NCBI GenBank assembly: GCA_951406725.2
Contig: OX597824.1
Location: 59,210,001-59,274,000 of the forward strand
Direction of reading: 5' to 3'
Length of the DNA stretch: 64,000 bases
From: Octopus vulgaris
Lineage: Eukaryota
Shown: positions 29,340 through 41,350 of the stretch, in pieces
Layout: each line of letters begins with the position of its first letter
Position numbering within the stretch: position 1 is the first letter of the stretch
Made by a program: the position numbers and the translations under genes
Notes under the pieces: model-generated
Database searches by the model: none
The model's input: only the letters and a program-made list of their open reading frames with translations
What the model was told of the DNA's origin: nothing

Positions 29340-29541
29340 TATAATGTTAAATAAAAACAATTCCTGCTAAATACAGTTTACTAGGAGTTCCGTAATCGAA
29401 ACATTAATTTATTTTGCCATTTTTCAAACTGTGGACAGACCTATACTCAGCTTGAAAAATGGCAAAATAAATTAATGTTTCAACCAGAAAATGCTGGGTA
29501 GCTATATTTAAGAAGAATTGCGGTTTTTATTACAACATTAT
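29340..29541. repeat. Foldback/palindrome
   Basis: Perfect 30-bp arms gaaacattaatttattttgccatttttcaa / ttgaaaaatggcaaaataaattaatgtttc with weaker outer arms. Confidence 0.85.
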
Positions 29542-29647
29542 CTTTACTCTCTTAGTTAATTGAATGCTATTCTACTTGTTGAAATCTTACCACATAAAAA
29601 ATTAGGTATGTATGTATGAACGTATGTTTGGACTTCCCTGTGTTTTC

Positions 29648-29684
29648 TGTTTCCGAAGAAGAACTATGCTCAAAATGTAAAACA
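29648..29684 (+). ncRNA. Degenerate minimal type I hammerhead
   Basis: TGTTT-CCGAAGA-AGAAC tat GCTC-AAAA-TG-TA-AAACA; same family as 2687 and 53994. Confidence 0.5.
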
Positions 29685-29789
29685 ACTACTCTTTTCCTTC
29701 TCCGAGCGTCATATAAATACATTGCATGTGCTACCCCATCTTTTTGTTTCTTGTTTTTTCTTTTTTCTTTTTTCCCTGCTTTTTTTAAT

Positions 29790-29909
<120 letters not shown>

Positions 29910-30413
29910 CTGTTGTCTACATCCCCTATCTTCTTTTGTTGCTTTTTGTGAATATATATGTATGTATGTATACACATATACATATATATTCTAGCCTTTC
30001 TATTTACTACCTTTCTTTTTCCTCCTTTTGTATTCTTGCCTTTCTTCCTCCCCTTCATCCACTTGCCACTTTTTCTCTGTCGCTCCCTCTTCCTACTGTC
30101 TTTTCCCTCTGCCTGCTGCTGTCACGTGGCAAGCGACCAGTTACTCATTTCTTTCCTTTCTTAGACTGGTCCCTTAGTTGACCAGTCGCAAATTCTGCCT
30201 CTCTGTTCTCCATCCTTCAAAACATTTTCGAAACGTTACCCACTATTCTCGTCTCCTTGGCCCTTAGGTCGTATTTTGTTCGACTGTTTGTCCTCGTGCA
30301 CTGTCCTCAATCACACTCTGTTGCGTTTTGCTTGTTTTGTTTCGTTTTGTTTGCTCTTGTCCTTAATTCTACGCAAGAAAACTTTTTTGCGGGCACCACC
30401 AATAGGGAAGCAC

Positions 30414-30476
30414 TTAGTCTTATCGTTGAAGGTGTGAAACTAAACAGTACTATTGATCGATAACTGATGAAGAATT
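30414..30476 (+). ncRNA. Reversed-order hammerhead-like motif, family C (element about 29990-30580)
   Basis: TTAG-TC-TTATCG..GAAA-CTAA ... CGATAA-CTGATGA; helices I and III perfect, helix II poor. Confidence 0.6.
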
Positions 30477-30627
30477 ATGAACTTTCTGTTTGTCGCCTGT
30501 TCGTTTTTACATTCAGTATACCTTACTTCGTTTGTTTATACATCTTTCATTTATCAAATACTGGAACGCAACACTACCGAATTTATGTATATGTATATGT
30601 ATGTATGTATATGTGCTTGTGTGTGTG

Positions 30628-30660
<33 letters not shown>

Positions 30661-30787
30661 TTGTGTGTGTTTGTGATGTTTCGCGACATCCATAAAGCGA
30701 GGAACTTTTTAGCATCCTCTCGTATATATATATATATATATACATTTTTTTCTCTCCTTATTTCTCTCTTTTTTTCTTTCTGTGATC

Positions 30788-30823
30788 CTTTCTGTGGAAG
30801 GTTGTAGGCTCGAAACGTTAAAG
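30788..30823 (+). ncRNA. Degenerate minimal type I hammerhead
   Basis: CTTT-CTGTGGA-aggttgtag-GCTC-GAAA-CG-TT-AAAG. Confidence 0.5.
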
Positions 30824-30915
30824 ACTTTTTCAATTCCCGAGCGTTATACTAATACATCTGTTTGTTTTCTACACTACCTATCTTCGTCTTTTGATTTTTG
30901 TGAATTGTCTCCCCC

Positions 30916-30986
<71 letters not shown>

Positions 30987-31028
30987 CATTCTTATATACA
31001 TGCACACACATACATACAGACATATATA

Positions 31029-31661
31029 TCAGGTTGAGTAAAAAGTAAGCAGCGTTTTGAGCAATGAAGAATATGTACCGGGTTTTTGAAGAGTTTTGAA
31101 TCTTTTAAATATTTTTTTGCAATTTTTTGATAATACAGACAAAGACTAGCCCAAATGCTTCAATAAAATAGCATAGGTATTTTTTTCACCGTTGTTACAA
31201 TAATCTGAAATGGAACAGTCAAAGCGCGATATTCGAGAAATTTTGTTGTTCAACTTCAAAAAAGGACGTAAAGCAGCTGAAACTGCTAGCAATATCAATG
31301 AAACGTTTGGTGAGGAAATGACTAGTGAGTGGTCAGCTCGAAAGTGCTTTGAGCGATTTTGCAGTGGAGACCTGAGTCTTGAAGATCGTGAGCATAGTGA
31401 ATGCCCATCTGTAATCGATGAAGGTCAATTAAAGACCGTCATTAAGAAAGATCCATGTAAAACCACACGAGAACTGGCAAAAGAACTTCCAGTTAACCAG
31501 AAAACTGCTTGCAACCATTTGCAATAAACAAACTTGTAACTCGTTGCAAATTGCGTTGATTTTAATGGTACTTACTTTGATGAATAAAATTTCCGCATTG
31601 TTGAAATATACTGTGATGAGATTCATGTTTCAAAACGTTGCTTACTGTTTAATCAGCATGA
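31029..31661 (+). mobile_element. Internally deleted mariner element with TIRs and TA flanks
   Basis: TIR tcaggttgagtaaaaagtaagcagcgttttga and its imperfect inverse at the right end; ORF 31210-31527 encodes a mariner N-terminal HTH (IREILLFNFKKG...F.SGDLSLED). Confidence 0.88.
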
Positions 31662-31756
31662 TATAAACAACAGAACCTCGGTTTTCGAACAACTCTGATC
31701 ACGAATAAATCGTGCTTTATATATATATATCTATATCTATCTATCTATTTATTTAT

Positions 31757-31885
<129 letters not shown>

Positions 31886-31889
31886 AAGT

Positions 31890-32445
31890 ACGATTTATTC
31901 GTGATTAGAGTTGTTCAAAAACCGAGGTACTACTGTATACATATTCTCTCTCTCACTCTTCCTCCTTTGCTCTCTCGTGGCTCCCACGCGAGCGTCGGCC
32001 ATGTTTCTGTCTTTCCTTAACTTATGTTTCTTTCCTTCTGATTCACATGGACGAGTCAGGCGCATCCTTGTCTGTCTCATATTCAAGCCTGCTTCTCCGC
32101 GTTCGCCACCTCATCTCGTTTAGGCTTAGCAGCCCTTCCTGTTTATTTCACTCTCTTGTTTTGGTTACCAAATTTGGCCCTCCGCAAAAAAACAAATTTT
32201 ATTGAATTTGCTTTGCAGGAGCAACTGTTTACCGAAGGCGTATCTTGTCGTTGAATTGCTCGAAATACAGATTAAGAAAACAGCCGACAACTAATGAAGA
32301 GTCGTTCGTTATGTTGCTTGTCTTGGTTTCCATTTGTTTCTTTGGTTGCACGCAAAAAAGTTCATATTCCATGTATTCGTATTTTTTATTTCATATTTAC
32401 GTATTTTATGTTGTCTATGTTCTGTGACGTCCTGAACGCACATAT
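31890..32445 (+). mobile_element. Non-coding repeat family B2 with reversed-order hammerhead at 32239-32302
   Basis: CGTA-TC-TTGTCG ttgaatt GCTC-GAAA-TACA ... CGACAA-CTAATGA-AGAGT; homologous to 5460-5720. Confidence 0.7.
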
Positions 32446-32482
32446 GCATATGTATATACGTATATATGTATGTACATATACG

Positions 32483-32555
<73 letters not shown>

Positions 32556-32557
32556 AG

Positions 32558-32820
32558 GTGCAGGAGTGGCTGTGTGGTAAGTAGCTTGCTTCCCAACCAC
32601 ATGGTTCTGGGTTCAGTCCCTCTGCGTGGTACGTCGGGCAAGTGTCTTCTACTATAGCTTCGGGCCGACCAAAGCCTTGTGAGTGAATTTGGAAGACGGA
32701 AAATGAAAGAAGCCTGTCGTATATATATATATATAATGTATGTGTGTATATGTTTGTGTGTCTGTGTTTGTCCCCACAACATCGTTTGACAACCGATGGT
32801 GGTGTGTAACGTAGCGGTTC
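32558..32820 (+). mobile_element. tRNA-derived SINE family 1 (3' truncated)
   Basis: ggtgcaggagtggctgtgtggtaagtagcttgc...ggttcagtccc A/B boxes. Confidence 0.85.
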
Positions 32821-33356
32821 ACTCTCGATAAATCTATCCCCTTTTTGTGTCCCCAGCACTTGGCATCCTTATTTAGGAGCCCTTAATTATACTTCTACAT
32901 GCATAATATTCTTCTATATGAATAATATTCTTCTATATGAATAATATTTTGTCTAATGACTAATTCGTCTTTTGTGCTGAGCCACTGGTAGTAATCTATA
33001 TTATTACCCTTTTGTTTATATTCGCATATTACTTGATGGATTTATTCGTAAATTTTTTTCCCGGCATGCCCTATATCGCCGGGTATATTTTGCGTCTGCG
33101 CAGAGATTTGAAAAGTTAAGATCTGCAAGTTGTTGAGATCAACACATGGTCTAACGCGCTGCGTATCTCGATTCAATTTAGGCGTCTCGCTGATGAAACC
33201 AGCCTTAGCAAACATATTCTGTGTTTTGCTAGAAAGAGGTAGAAACTGATATCAGTCCGAGATGTAAAGTTATCGGTAAATGTTTATGATTTTCACTCTC
33301 GATAAATCTATCCCCTTTTTGTGTCCCCAGCACTTGGCATCCTTATTTAGGAGCCC

Positions 33357-33365
<9 letters not shown>
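32818..33365 (+). mobile_element. Retrozyme/PLE-pLTR-like element with 74-bp identical direct repeats (period 474 bp)
   Basis: 32818-32891 equals 33292-33365; contains the HHR; ends in (AT)n. Confidence 0.8.
33182..33265 (+). ncRNA. Type I hammerhead ribozyme, intact core
   Basis: GCGTCTCG-CTGATGA-aACC...GGTa-GAAA-CTGATATCAG-TC-CGAGATGT. Confidence 0.85.
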
Positions 33366-33423
<58 letters not shown>

Positions 33424-33427
<4 letters not shown>

Positions 33428-33945
33428 TAGTTATCGCCAAGCTAACATGGCAGTCCAGTAAAATAGGACGAATGCTGCCGTTGATTATCTCCGAGAGGCC
33501 ATCGCTTCTAGCCAGCTATGTGACACATGAACCTGTGTCCATTATAACCTTCGAACAGAGGAGGTCAGCCGCTTCCCCTTGCTTGTCAGGCCACCACAGT
33601 CTAGTTTTGGGGTATATGCTACTTATCAATGTAGAGCAGCCGAATCGTCTGTTCGAAGGATTATTTATCTAAATTCAATGGAATACATCCTCTGGAATAC
33701 ATCCACTAGTAGATGCCTGATCAGTAAGGGAAAGCGGCTGACCTCCCTGTTCGAAGGTTATAATGGACATAGGTTCGTGAGTCACGTAGCTAGCTAGAGG
33801 CGATGGCCTCTTAGAGCTAATCAACGGCAGCATTCGTCCTATTTTCCTGGACTGCAATGTTAGCTTGGCGATGACTATTAAATATCCAGTACCGCTGCCG
33901 TAGTCTCCTTCAGAGAGACTTAGAAATATTAGTATTTCTATTATT
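33424..33945. mobile_element. Foldback copy of the U3-A8 hammerhead element family
   Basis: Arms about 33424-33590 and about 33710-33882; homologous to the 52593 unit; decayed HHR on the minus strand at about 33594-33634 (TTGATAA core). Confidence 0.8.
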
Positions 33946-33965
33946 TATATATATATATAAATATT

Positions 33966-34081
33966 TCTTCTGTTGGCCTGCTCGCTTAGCCAGCGGGGTG
34001 GCGTCATTTGAAGGCTAAAACAATGCGAAGCGCATTGTGACCAGCGATGTGTAGCAACAACTGATAGCCTGGTCGGTCACA

Positions 34082-34177
<96 letters not shown>

Positions 34178-34191
34178 ATATAATAAATAAA

Positions 34192-34250
<59 letters not shown>

Positions 34251-34833
34251 TGTGACCGACCAGGCTATCAGATGTTGCTAGACATCGCTGGTCATAATGC
34301 GCTCCGCATTGTTTTAGCCTTCAGATGACGCCATCCCGCTGGCTAAGCGAGCAGGCCAACAGAAGAAAGAGTGAGAGAAAGTTGTGGCGAAAGAGTACAG
34401 CAGGGACCGCCACAACCCCATGCCAGAGCCTCGTGGGGCTTTTAGGCATTTTCGCTCAATAAACACTCACAACGCCCGGTCTGGGAATCGAAATCACGAT
34501 CTTACGACCGCGAGTCCGCTGCTCTAACCACTGGGCCATTGTGCCTCCACCGTGATCACGTGACCGACCAGACCATCAGACGCTGTTACACATCGCTGGT
34601 CACAATGCATTCGCATTGTTTTAGCCTTCGAGTGACGCCACCCCGCTGGCTAAGCGAGCAGGCCAACAGAAGAAAGAGTGGGAGAAAGAGTGGTGAAAGA
34701 GTACAGCAGGGATCACCACCTCCTACCGGAGCCTTGTGGAGCTTTTAGGTGTTTTCGCTCAATAAACACTCACAACGCCCGGTCTGGGAATCGAAACCGC
34801 GATACATACAAGTATGCATGTATGTATGTGTAT

Positions 34834-34918
<85 letters not shown>

Positions 34919-35045
34919 TACATGCATTCATACATACATACATACATACATACATACATACATACATACATACATACATACATAGAAACCGCGATCCTAC
35001 GACCGCGAGTCCGCTGCCCTAACCACTGGGCAATTGCGCCTCCAC
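33966..35045 (-). mobile_element. tRNA-derived SINE family 3: two tandem copies (34247-34550, 34554-35045) plus an inverted 3' fragment (33966-34084)
   Basis: Minus-strand head gtggaggcgcaatggcccagtggttag...gtttcgattccc; copies align to each other. Confidence 0.85.
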
Positions 35046-35061
35046 ACACACACACACGCAC

Positions 35062-35095
<34 letters not shown>

Positions 35096-35658
35096 ATACA
35101 CATACACACATGCATACATGCATACATACATACATACATACATACATACATACATACATACATACATACATACATACATACATACACACACGTCTACAAG
35201 ATTAAACAATGAAATCTTCAAATGTCAGATCTTATATTTATATACGAAAATTGACTCTCCTTGAACAATATAGATATATGTAAACAAAATCGTCTTTTTA
35301 TTGGCTGAAAGGACTTACAATAATATAAACATCATCAGTTTAGGATACAAAAGTCGGCAGTTATAAATATTTCAGCAAAAATTTGTATATTAACGATGTA
35401 ATAGGCGAAAATTTTCAAGTATGATACTATCAGAAAAATTGCAATATACTGTGAAAAGTTTGGAATGTTTTGATATATTTCAAATTATTTTCATGTTTCC
35501 GATGTGAATATAGGCCTATTCAAAAATATAAAGTCATATATTTCTATTGGATTTTCTTTCAGGATATCTAACAGTATGACTATGTTGATTACTACAGGGT
35601 TTGAAAAGACTTGCAGGCAAATCCATTAGAAATTTAGTTATTAGAGTTCGCCCAAAAT

Positions 35659-35696
<38 letters not shown>

Positions 35697-35958
35697 ATAC
35701 ATACATACACACACACACACATATATGTATGTATCTAAGTATGTATGTATGTATGTATGTATGTATGTACGCCATCTCGCTTGTCGTAGAGAGGGAGCCT
35801 ATCTCCCTTCTCAGCCGTTAGAAAAATGTTCTCCCGTAGCTAAGAGTTGTTTTGACTCTTATTTCTAGCAATGCTGGTGCTTACTTGTACCCTTTGTCAC
35901 TTTAGTAACAACTGTACTTGGTACCTAGCGGTTCTAAATTGCGGATAGCCACATAAAT

Positions 35959-36009
<51 letters not shown>

Positions 36010-36010
<1 letters not shown>

Positions 36011-36093
36011 GATTCTATACTGTTTTCTTTCAAATCGTTTACACTCTCATCCTTTTTTCTAGTTCCCTTTGTTTTTCTAGTTCCCTTCACCGT

Positions 36094-36127
<34 letters not shown>

Positions 36128-36610
36128 CCTCTCTTTCGTTGCTCACACGTAATCATCGTCCGTCTTTCTTTTGCTCACGTGATCATCTTTCTTTTTTTCA
36201 GGACAATCCTGAGGACTGACCTTATCCTATCTCTCTCTTCTATCTTTTCTCTTGTCAAAGAAAATATTTCTTCAACGTTCGCTATTTTACCCTCGTTCTG
36301 TTCTAACAACCCTCCATGTTTGCTTTCGTTCGATTTCCTTGTATGTCTCCACTGTCCTGTTTTTGAACCCAACTTTGACCCTCCATAAATCCTAAATTTT
36401 ATTTTGGTACTTATGGGAGCAACTGTCTTCGAAAATTCATTTCGTCGTTGAATGCTCGAAATGAGGAGCAGATAGACAGCCGACAACTGATGGAGGGTCG
36501 TTCTTTGTGTTACTTGTCCTGCTTACCGTTTTTTCACCCGTTGTTTGCGTATTGCACTTATTTGTTTTTGTATTTCCTGTTGTTTACCATTGGTGAGGTC
36601 CTGTACCCAT
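36010..36610 (+). mobile_element. Non-coding repeat family B1 with reversed-order hammerhead at 36436-36498
   Basis: TTCA-TT-TCGTCG..GCTC-GAAA-TGAG ... CGACAA-CTGATGG-AGGGT; homologous to 4770-5260. Confidence 0.7.
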
Positions 36611-36785
36611 ATATGCATATATATACAAGTAGTGTTTAATAGAATGCCTTGCAACTGTTGATGGCATACCTCGGTATTGGACGAGTGCCCAGTAAATGAT
36701 ACCGTCATGGAATATAATATAGTAAACGTACATACTCATATATAAATATATGTGTGTTTATGTATATATGTCTATAAGTTGCACG

Positions 36786-36821
<36 letters not shown>

Positions 36822-36823
36822 CT

Positions 36824-37622
36824 AAATCCATTTGCAATAGAAGACACCTGCCCAAAGTGCCATGCAGTGGGACTGAATCTGGAATGTTGTGGTTGGGAAG
36901 CAAGCGTCTTACCACACAGCCACACCTGATATATGCGTTTACCTTTTATCTTTCGTCTTGTTTCAGTCATTTAAATGGGGCTATTTGACTGAGGCATCGT
37001 CTTGAATGGTTTTAGTCGAAAAAATCGACTCCAGGAATATTTCTTATAGCCTGGGATATATTCTATTGGTCTGTTTTGCCGAACTGCTAAGTTACTGGAA
37101 CATGAACATACTAGAACCGGTTGTCAAGCGGTAGTGGGGACGAGACTAAAAGACACACGTATAAGAACGAGCTTCTTTCAATTGCCGTCCACTCAATCCA
37201 CTCACAGGGCTTTGCTCGGCTCGAGGTTATAGTAGAAGACATTTGTCCAAGAGTCACACAGTGGGACTCATCACGCCATCATGTGGTTGGGAAGTAAGCT
37301 TCTTACCACATAGCCATACCTGTCTCTCTCCCCCTCTCTCTCTCTCTTTTTCTCTTTTTGTCTTTCTCTCTCTCTATGTATATATGTATACATAGAGAGA
37401 GGGCAAGAGAGAATGGAATTAACGATATTTTTTGTAGTGATTTTGAATGAAGAATCCAGTTGATTCCACTTTCTGTCTTTGACCTATTTGTATAAACTGT
37501 AGCTGTGCGGAGTTTAGTCCCACTGCGTGGCACCTTGGGCAAGTGTCTTCTACGATAGCCCCGGGCCGACCAAAGCCTTGTGAGTGGATTTGATAGACGG
37601 AAACTGAAAGAAGCTCGTCGCA
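36824..37622. mobile_element. Cluster of SINE family 1 copies (36824-36927 -, 36950-37322 -, 37514-37622 +)
   Basis: Homology to 32558-32820 and 41366-41809. Confidence 0.8.
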
Positions 37623-37639
37623 TATATATATATATATAT

Positions 37640-38440
37640 AAAATTCAAAACGGGACAAGAAGGCAAAACATCCGGATAACAAGGTGATACAAAAAGGGAC
37701 AACAAAACATCCAGATAGAAGACACAAAAAACAAGGACGGGTCATTCGAAGCCTTTTATCCTCAGTCAAGAACCGGAACATCCTCACAATTTCGCCTGAC
37801 TAATTTTGAGATTGCTCCAATCTGGCCAGCCCCAAGGAAAAACTAAGCTAAGAGTATTAGATTCCTTGGAAAAAAGCATCGAATGTATACAAAAACAAGG
37901 ACGGCAAAACACACGATGTTACACGAATATAAATACAAAAATACATTAAATACAAAAATACAATAAAAATAATAATAATAATAATAACAGGACCTTAACA
38001 ATAGGCGTCTTTCGACTGGGGATGAATTGAATTCAGCTGGCGTGTGTGGAAATGAAGCCTTACGGCAGAGATACAGGACTTTCACGAACACAGTGAAGAA
38101 TATCGATGAAGCAGTGACCGCAGTCAGATGCAAAAAAGACTAGCAGTCTGGCCACTCGGTCACGTGAGAAGAGAAGAGAGAAAAAAGAGGAACAAAAGAA
38201 TTAAGGGGGAGAGGAGAGAGAGAGAGAGCGAGAGAGAATTGTCGAAGCAGATAGACAGAAGAATTAAGGAGTGGCGAGAAAAAAAGAGAGACAGCGAAGT
38301 GAAAAGTGAGTAAGAAAGGCAAAGAAATGTGAGAGAGCGGTGGGGGAGGAAAGAACGAAGCGTGAAAAGATTGAAAAAGTCGTACAAAATTTAGTGAAAT
38401 GTGTACTTACATATAAGAGAACAAGGTGTACGTACGCTGC

Positions 38441-38445
<5 letters not shown>
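37640..38445 (-). mobile_element. Non-coding repeat family D with reversed-order hammerhead at 37750-37815
   Basis: Minus strand GCAA-TC-TCAA..aggc-GAAA-TTGT ... TTGA-CTGAGGA-taaaa-GGCT. Confidence 0.7.
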
Positions 38446-38484
<39 letters not shown>

Positions 38485-38696
38485 AATATAGGATAAAATT
38501 TTTCGAAAACAATTTTATCAATGGCCAGCATATTAAAAAATACCTTTAACGGTTAAATTTATAAACGAGGGCAAAAGAAAAAATTTCTAATGCCAAATAT
38601 GCCAAAATTAGACACATCGTCCATAACCATATAATTCATCACTATAAGCACGCGTCTCGAAGAAAGCCGACAGAAGTTTCTTAAAAAATTCCGTTA

Positions 38697-38757
38697 TTAC
38701 CATATCGGACCCGATTTCAGAGTTAATTCTTAAGAACCTTCTCTTCGTCAGTGATAA
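38697..38757 (-). ncRNA. Type I hammerhead ribozyme, intact core
   Basis: TTATCA-CTGACGA-AGAG...CTCT-GAAA-TCGGgtCCGA-TA-TGGTAA. Confidence 0.82.
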
Positions 38758-39020
38758 ATGCGGCAAAGAAATAAATGAAATACTCACTTATAGCCATGGA
38801 AGAAGCAAATAATAACGGTAATAACGGAATTCTTTTGAAATTCTGTCGGCTTTCTTCGAGACGCGTGCTTATAGTGATGAATTATATGGTTATGGACGAT
38901 GTGTCTAGCTTCGGCATATTTGGAATTAATTTTTTTTTTCTTTTGCCCTTGTTTATAAGTTGTTTATAAATTTAACCTTTAAAGGCGCAGGAGTGGCTGT
39001 GTGGTAAGTAGCTTGCTAAC

Positions 39021-41350
39021 ACACATGCGCAATTAGTCAGTTGCTTCCTGTTGAGCCAGAGTGGACGTGAGTCAAACAGCTCCGTCCAATTATAGAAAAA
39101 AGACCACAAACAGAGGGTTGTCGAGGTGAGTGATTTTGTTTATTGTGAGTTGGGCACAATTTATTGCGTGCTAATTATTATTTCAGTAAGTTGTGTCCAA
39201 CTCTGAGACAATTTCGCCTGCTCTCGGCGGCTGCTTTGTTTTTGTGTTTATTGGGAAAAAAAAACAGTTGAGGGGCGTATCCTCGGAACCCAATACAGTT
39301 ACTGTTAAAATTACCGTTGGCGGTAGCCAGTGCTGTGTTTGGGTTTGTTGAATTTATTCCCTTGTCAGAGTACTTCGCAAGAAAATTATAAAAATAAGCC
39401 ACTTTTGTATTACCTTTCGGATCCATTTTTGTGGAGGTTGTGTTACAGTTGCGGCGTTCCAGGTTCAACTCAGGTCGGGAGTACCGTAAGGCCAGAAGAT
39501 TTTTGCTGTGTTTTTTCTGTTTATTAACTTTCTTTTGAACTTCATTTAACTCCCCCTTTTGTTTTTTTGTTTATTGCGACTTTCCGTTGATTTCTTCCCT
39601 TCTATTGTGCTTTCTTCTTTTTGTTTTTTCAAAAATCTATCAAATTTTATTTGAACTTTTGAACTTTTTTCTTCTCGCTTTTTAAGTTTAATTTGAATAT
39701 ATTTAAAAAAAAAAAAAAAAAAAAAAAAACATGGCAATGAAAAATGACAAAATTTTGGAATGGGAGATCATACCGCCTAAAAAGTGGTTAAAAGACCGTG
39801 AAGATAGGACGGTGGTGTTGAGAACCTACTCCAAGGCACTCGACACCATCGCCCTATTCGAAAAGACGGCAATTGAAAAGGAGTTGGCAGAGTATTTGCC
39901 AACAATTAAATTCATTTCCAGGGGTGTCAAATATGCAACGGTGTGGTTGCTATTTGACACCCCTGAAGAGGCTTGCAAATTTGCTAGCAAACCCCTGGAG
40001 GGTAAGGAAATTTTATTCCTGCCCACGTACCAAAAAAAGAGACTGACGAAAGCTTGGATTTGCGGGCTGCCACCCGGGATAGAACCCGAGTGGATAGAGG
40101 AGACTATCCGCCGGGGTCTGGGTAGCAGCGAAACTAAGCTCCTTAATGTAAAAGTTCTTCCTGCGGCTGCTTGGGTTGGGTCAAAAGCAATTTTGATCCT
40201 TTGGACCCAATCAGCCAATCTGGTTCTTCCAGATTTTTTGAAAATGGCCGGGTGCAGGTACCCGGTGATGCTTGAGGGTCGCCCCCCTAAGTGTCATCGG
40301 TGCTTGGAGTCCGGCCATATAAAGAAGAACTGTCCCGGGGAACAAAATAGGATCCCGGAACAGCTAAGTGAAACCCCTGTAGAAGAGGGAATGATAACGG
40401 CCGAGGAAGCAGAGGACTCCTCAAACAGAGGCCGAAAGAGGAAGGTGAGCAACAATGGGTGCTCACCAAAGGATACTAGGGATGAGGAGGGAAAGGCGAA
40501 TCTTCCGGCCACGGAGGAGACGCACCCTCCCTCAGTTGAAAAGAAAAAAAAGAAAAAGAGGAAGAGGAAGAGAAACGGGACATTACCGGCTGTCGGTGAC
40601 ATAGCACCGGAATGTCCCGGAACTACGTCGGTTGGGGTTGTGCCACCGACAGGAGAAGAAATACCGTTGGCGGGAACTGTGCCGCCAACGAAAGAATTGA
40701 ATATCCCGCACCCGAACAAAAACGAGGTATTGATCCTCTTCTATAGAGGCGGAGAGATTGAAAAGGTGATAGAAAAGCACCACAAGGGAGCACCTTTAGC
40801 CTTCACACAGGACCCCAAATGGCCTCCGCAGGTAGCTGTGGAGGCCGTGGCGTTCGACGTGACGCTTGGGCTGAAGGAGCTCAATGAGGATTATAGCTTG
40901 GTCCCGGGCGACGCTAACTCGGAACTCGATTACGTTCTGAGGGAGGCGTGGTGGATGGTGGAGGGCGCGGACACAAGTTATTTCGAGGACGAGTCAAATT
41001 GTGATACGACTTGAGGGGCCCCGACCTAGAGCTGGCGCATTCCTAAGGAAAGTATAAGCCAGGTCTGGGAGGAGGGGCTTTGTGTATTGTATTTATATAT
41101 GTAATTATTGAACTATGTTGTTATTAGTAATGGACTGCTAAGTCCAAAAATTGAAAAAATTGTAATACCTCGTTTTGTGTTTGTTTTTAAAAGAACAATG
41201 TTTTAGAGAAACAGAAGTCGGCGGGCGCTTTTTGTCTTCTCCCATCCCCATCATCTTTCTTTCATTATCATTCACTTCATTAATGTCCTCGTCCAGCCCG
41301 CAAAGCTAACTTACTCTATGTACTGCCTTTATGGCAAATGTTATGAAATA
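39021..41350 (+). mobile_element. ORF1-only non-autonomous L1/Tx1-like retroelement with 15-bp TSD
   Basis: aagtagcttgctaac at 39006-39020 and 41351-41365; about 710-bp 5' UTR, single ORF, 3' UTR ending in AATAAA; no RT or endonuclease. Confidence 0.85.
39731..41014 (+). CDS. Gag-like/ORF1 nucleic-acid-binding protein with CCHC zinc knuckle, 427 aa
   Basis: Intact ATG-to-stop ORF; GRPPKCHRCLESGHIKKNCP (CX2CX4HX4C); RRM-like N-terminal half; basic KKKKKKRKRKR stretch. Confidence 0.85.
   Translation: MAMKNDKILEWEIIPPKKWLKDREDRTVVLRTYSKALDTIALFEKTAIEKELAEYLPTIKFISRGVKYATVWLLFDTPEEACKFASKPLEGKEILFLPTYQKKRLTKAWICGLPPGIEPEWIEETIRRGLGSSETKLLNVKVLPAAAWVGSKAILILWTQSANLVLPDFLKMAGCRYPVMLEGRPPKCHRCLESGHIKKNCPGEQNRIPEQLSETPVEEGMITAEEAEDSSNRGRKRKVSNNGCSPKDTRDEEGKANLPATEETHPPSVEKKKKKKRKRKRNGTLPAVGDIAPECPGTTSVGVVPPTGEEIPLAGTVPPTKELNIPHPNKNEVLILFYRGGEIEKVIEKHHKGAPLAFTQDPKWPPQVAVEAVAFDVTLGLKELNEDYSLVPGDANSELDYVLREAWWMVEGADTSYFEDESNCDTT

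Noticed and set aside
34460-34550. tRNA gene candidates here and at 16245-16318, 38984 and 47911
   Set aside because: A/B boxes are present but there is no full cloverleaf; they continue into SINE bodies or are fragments
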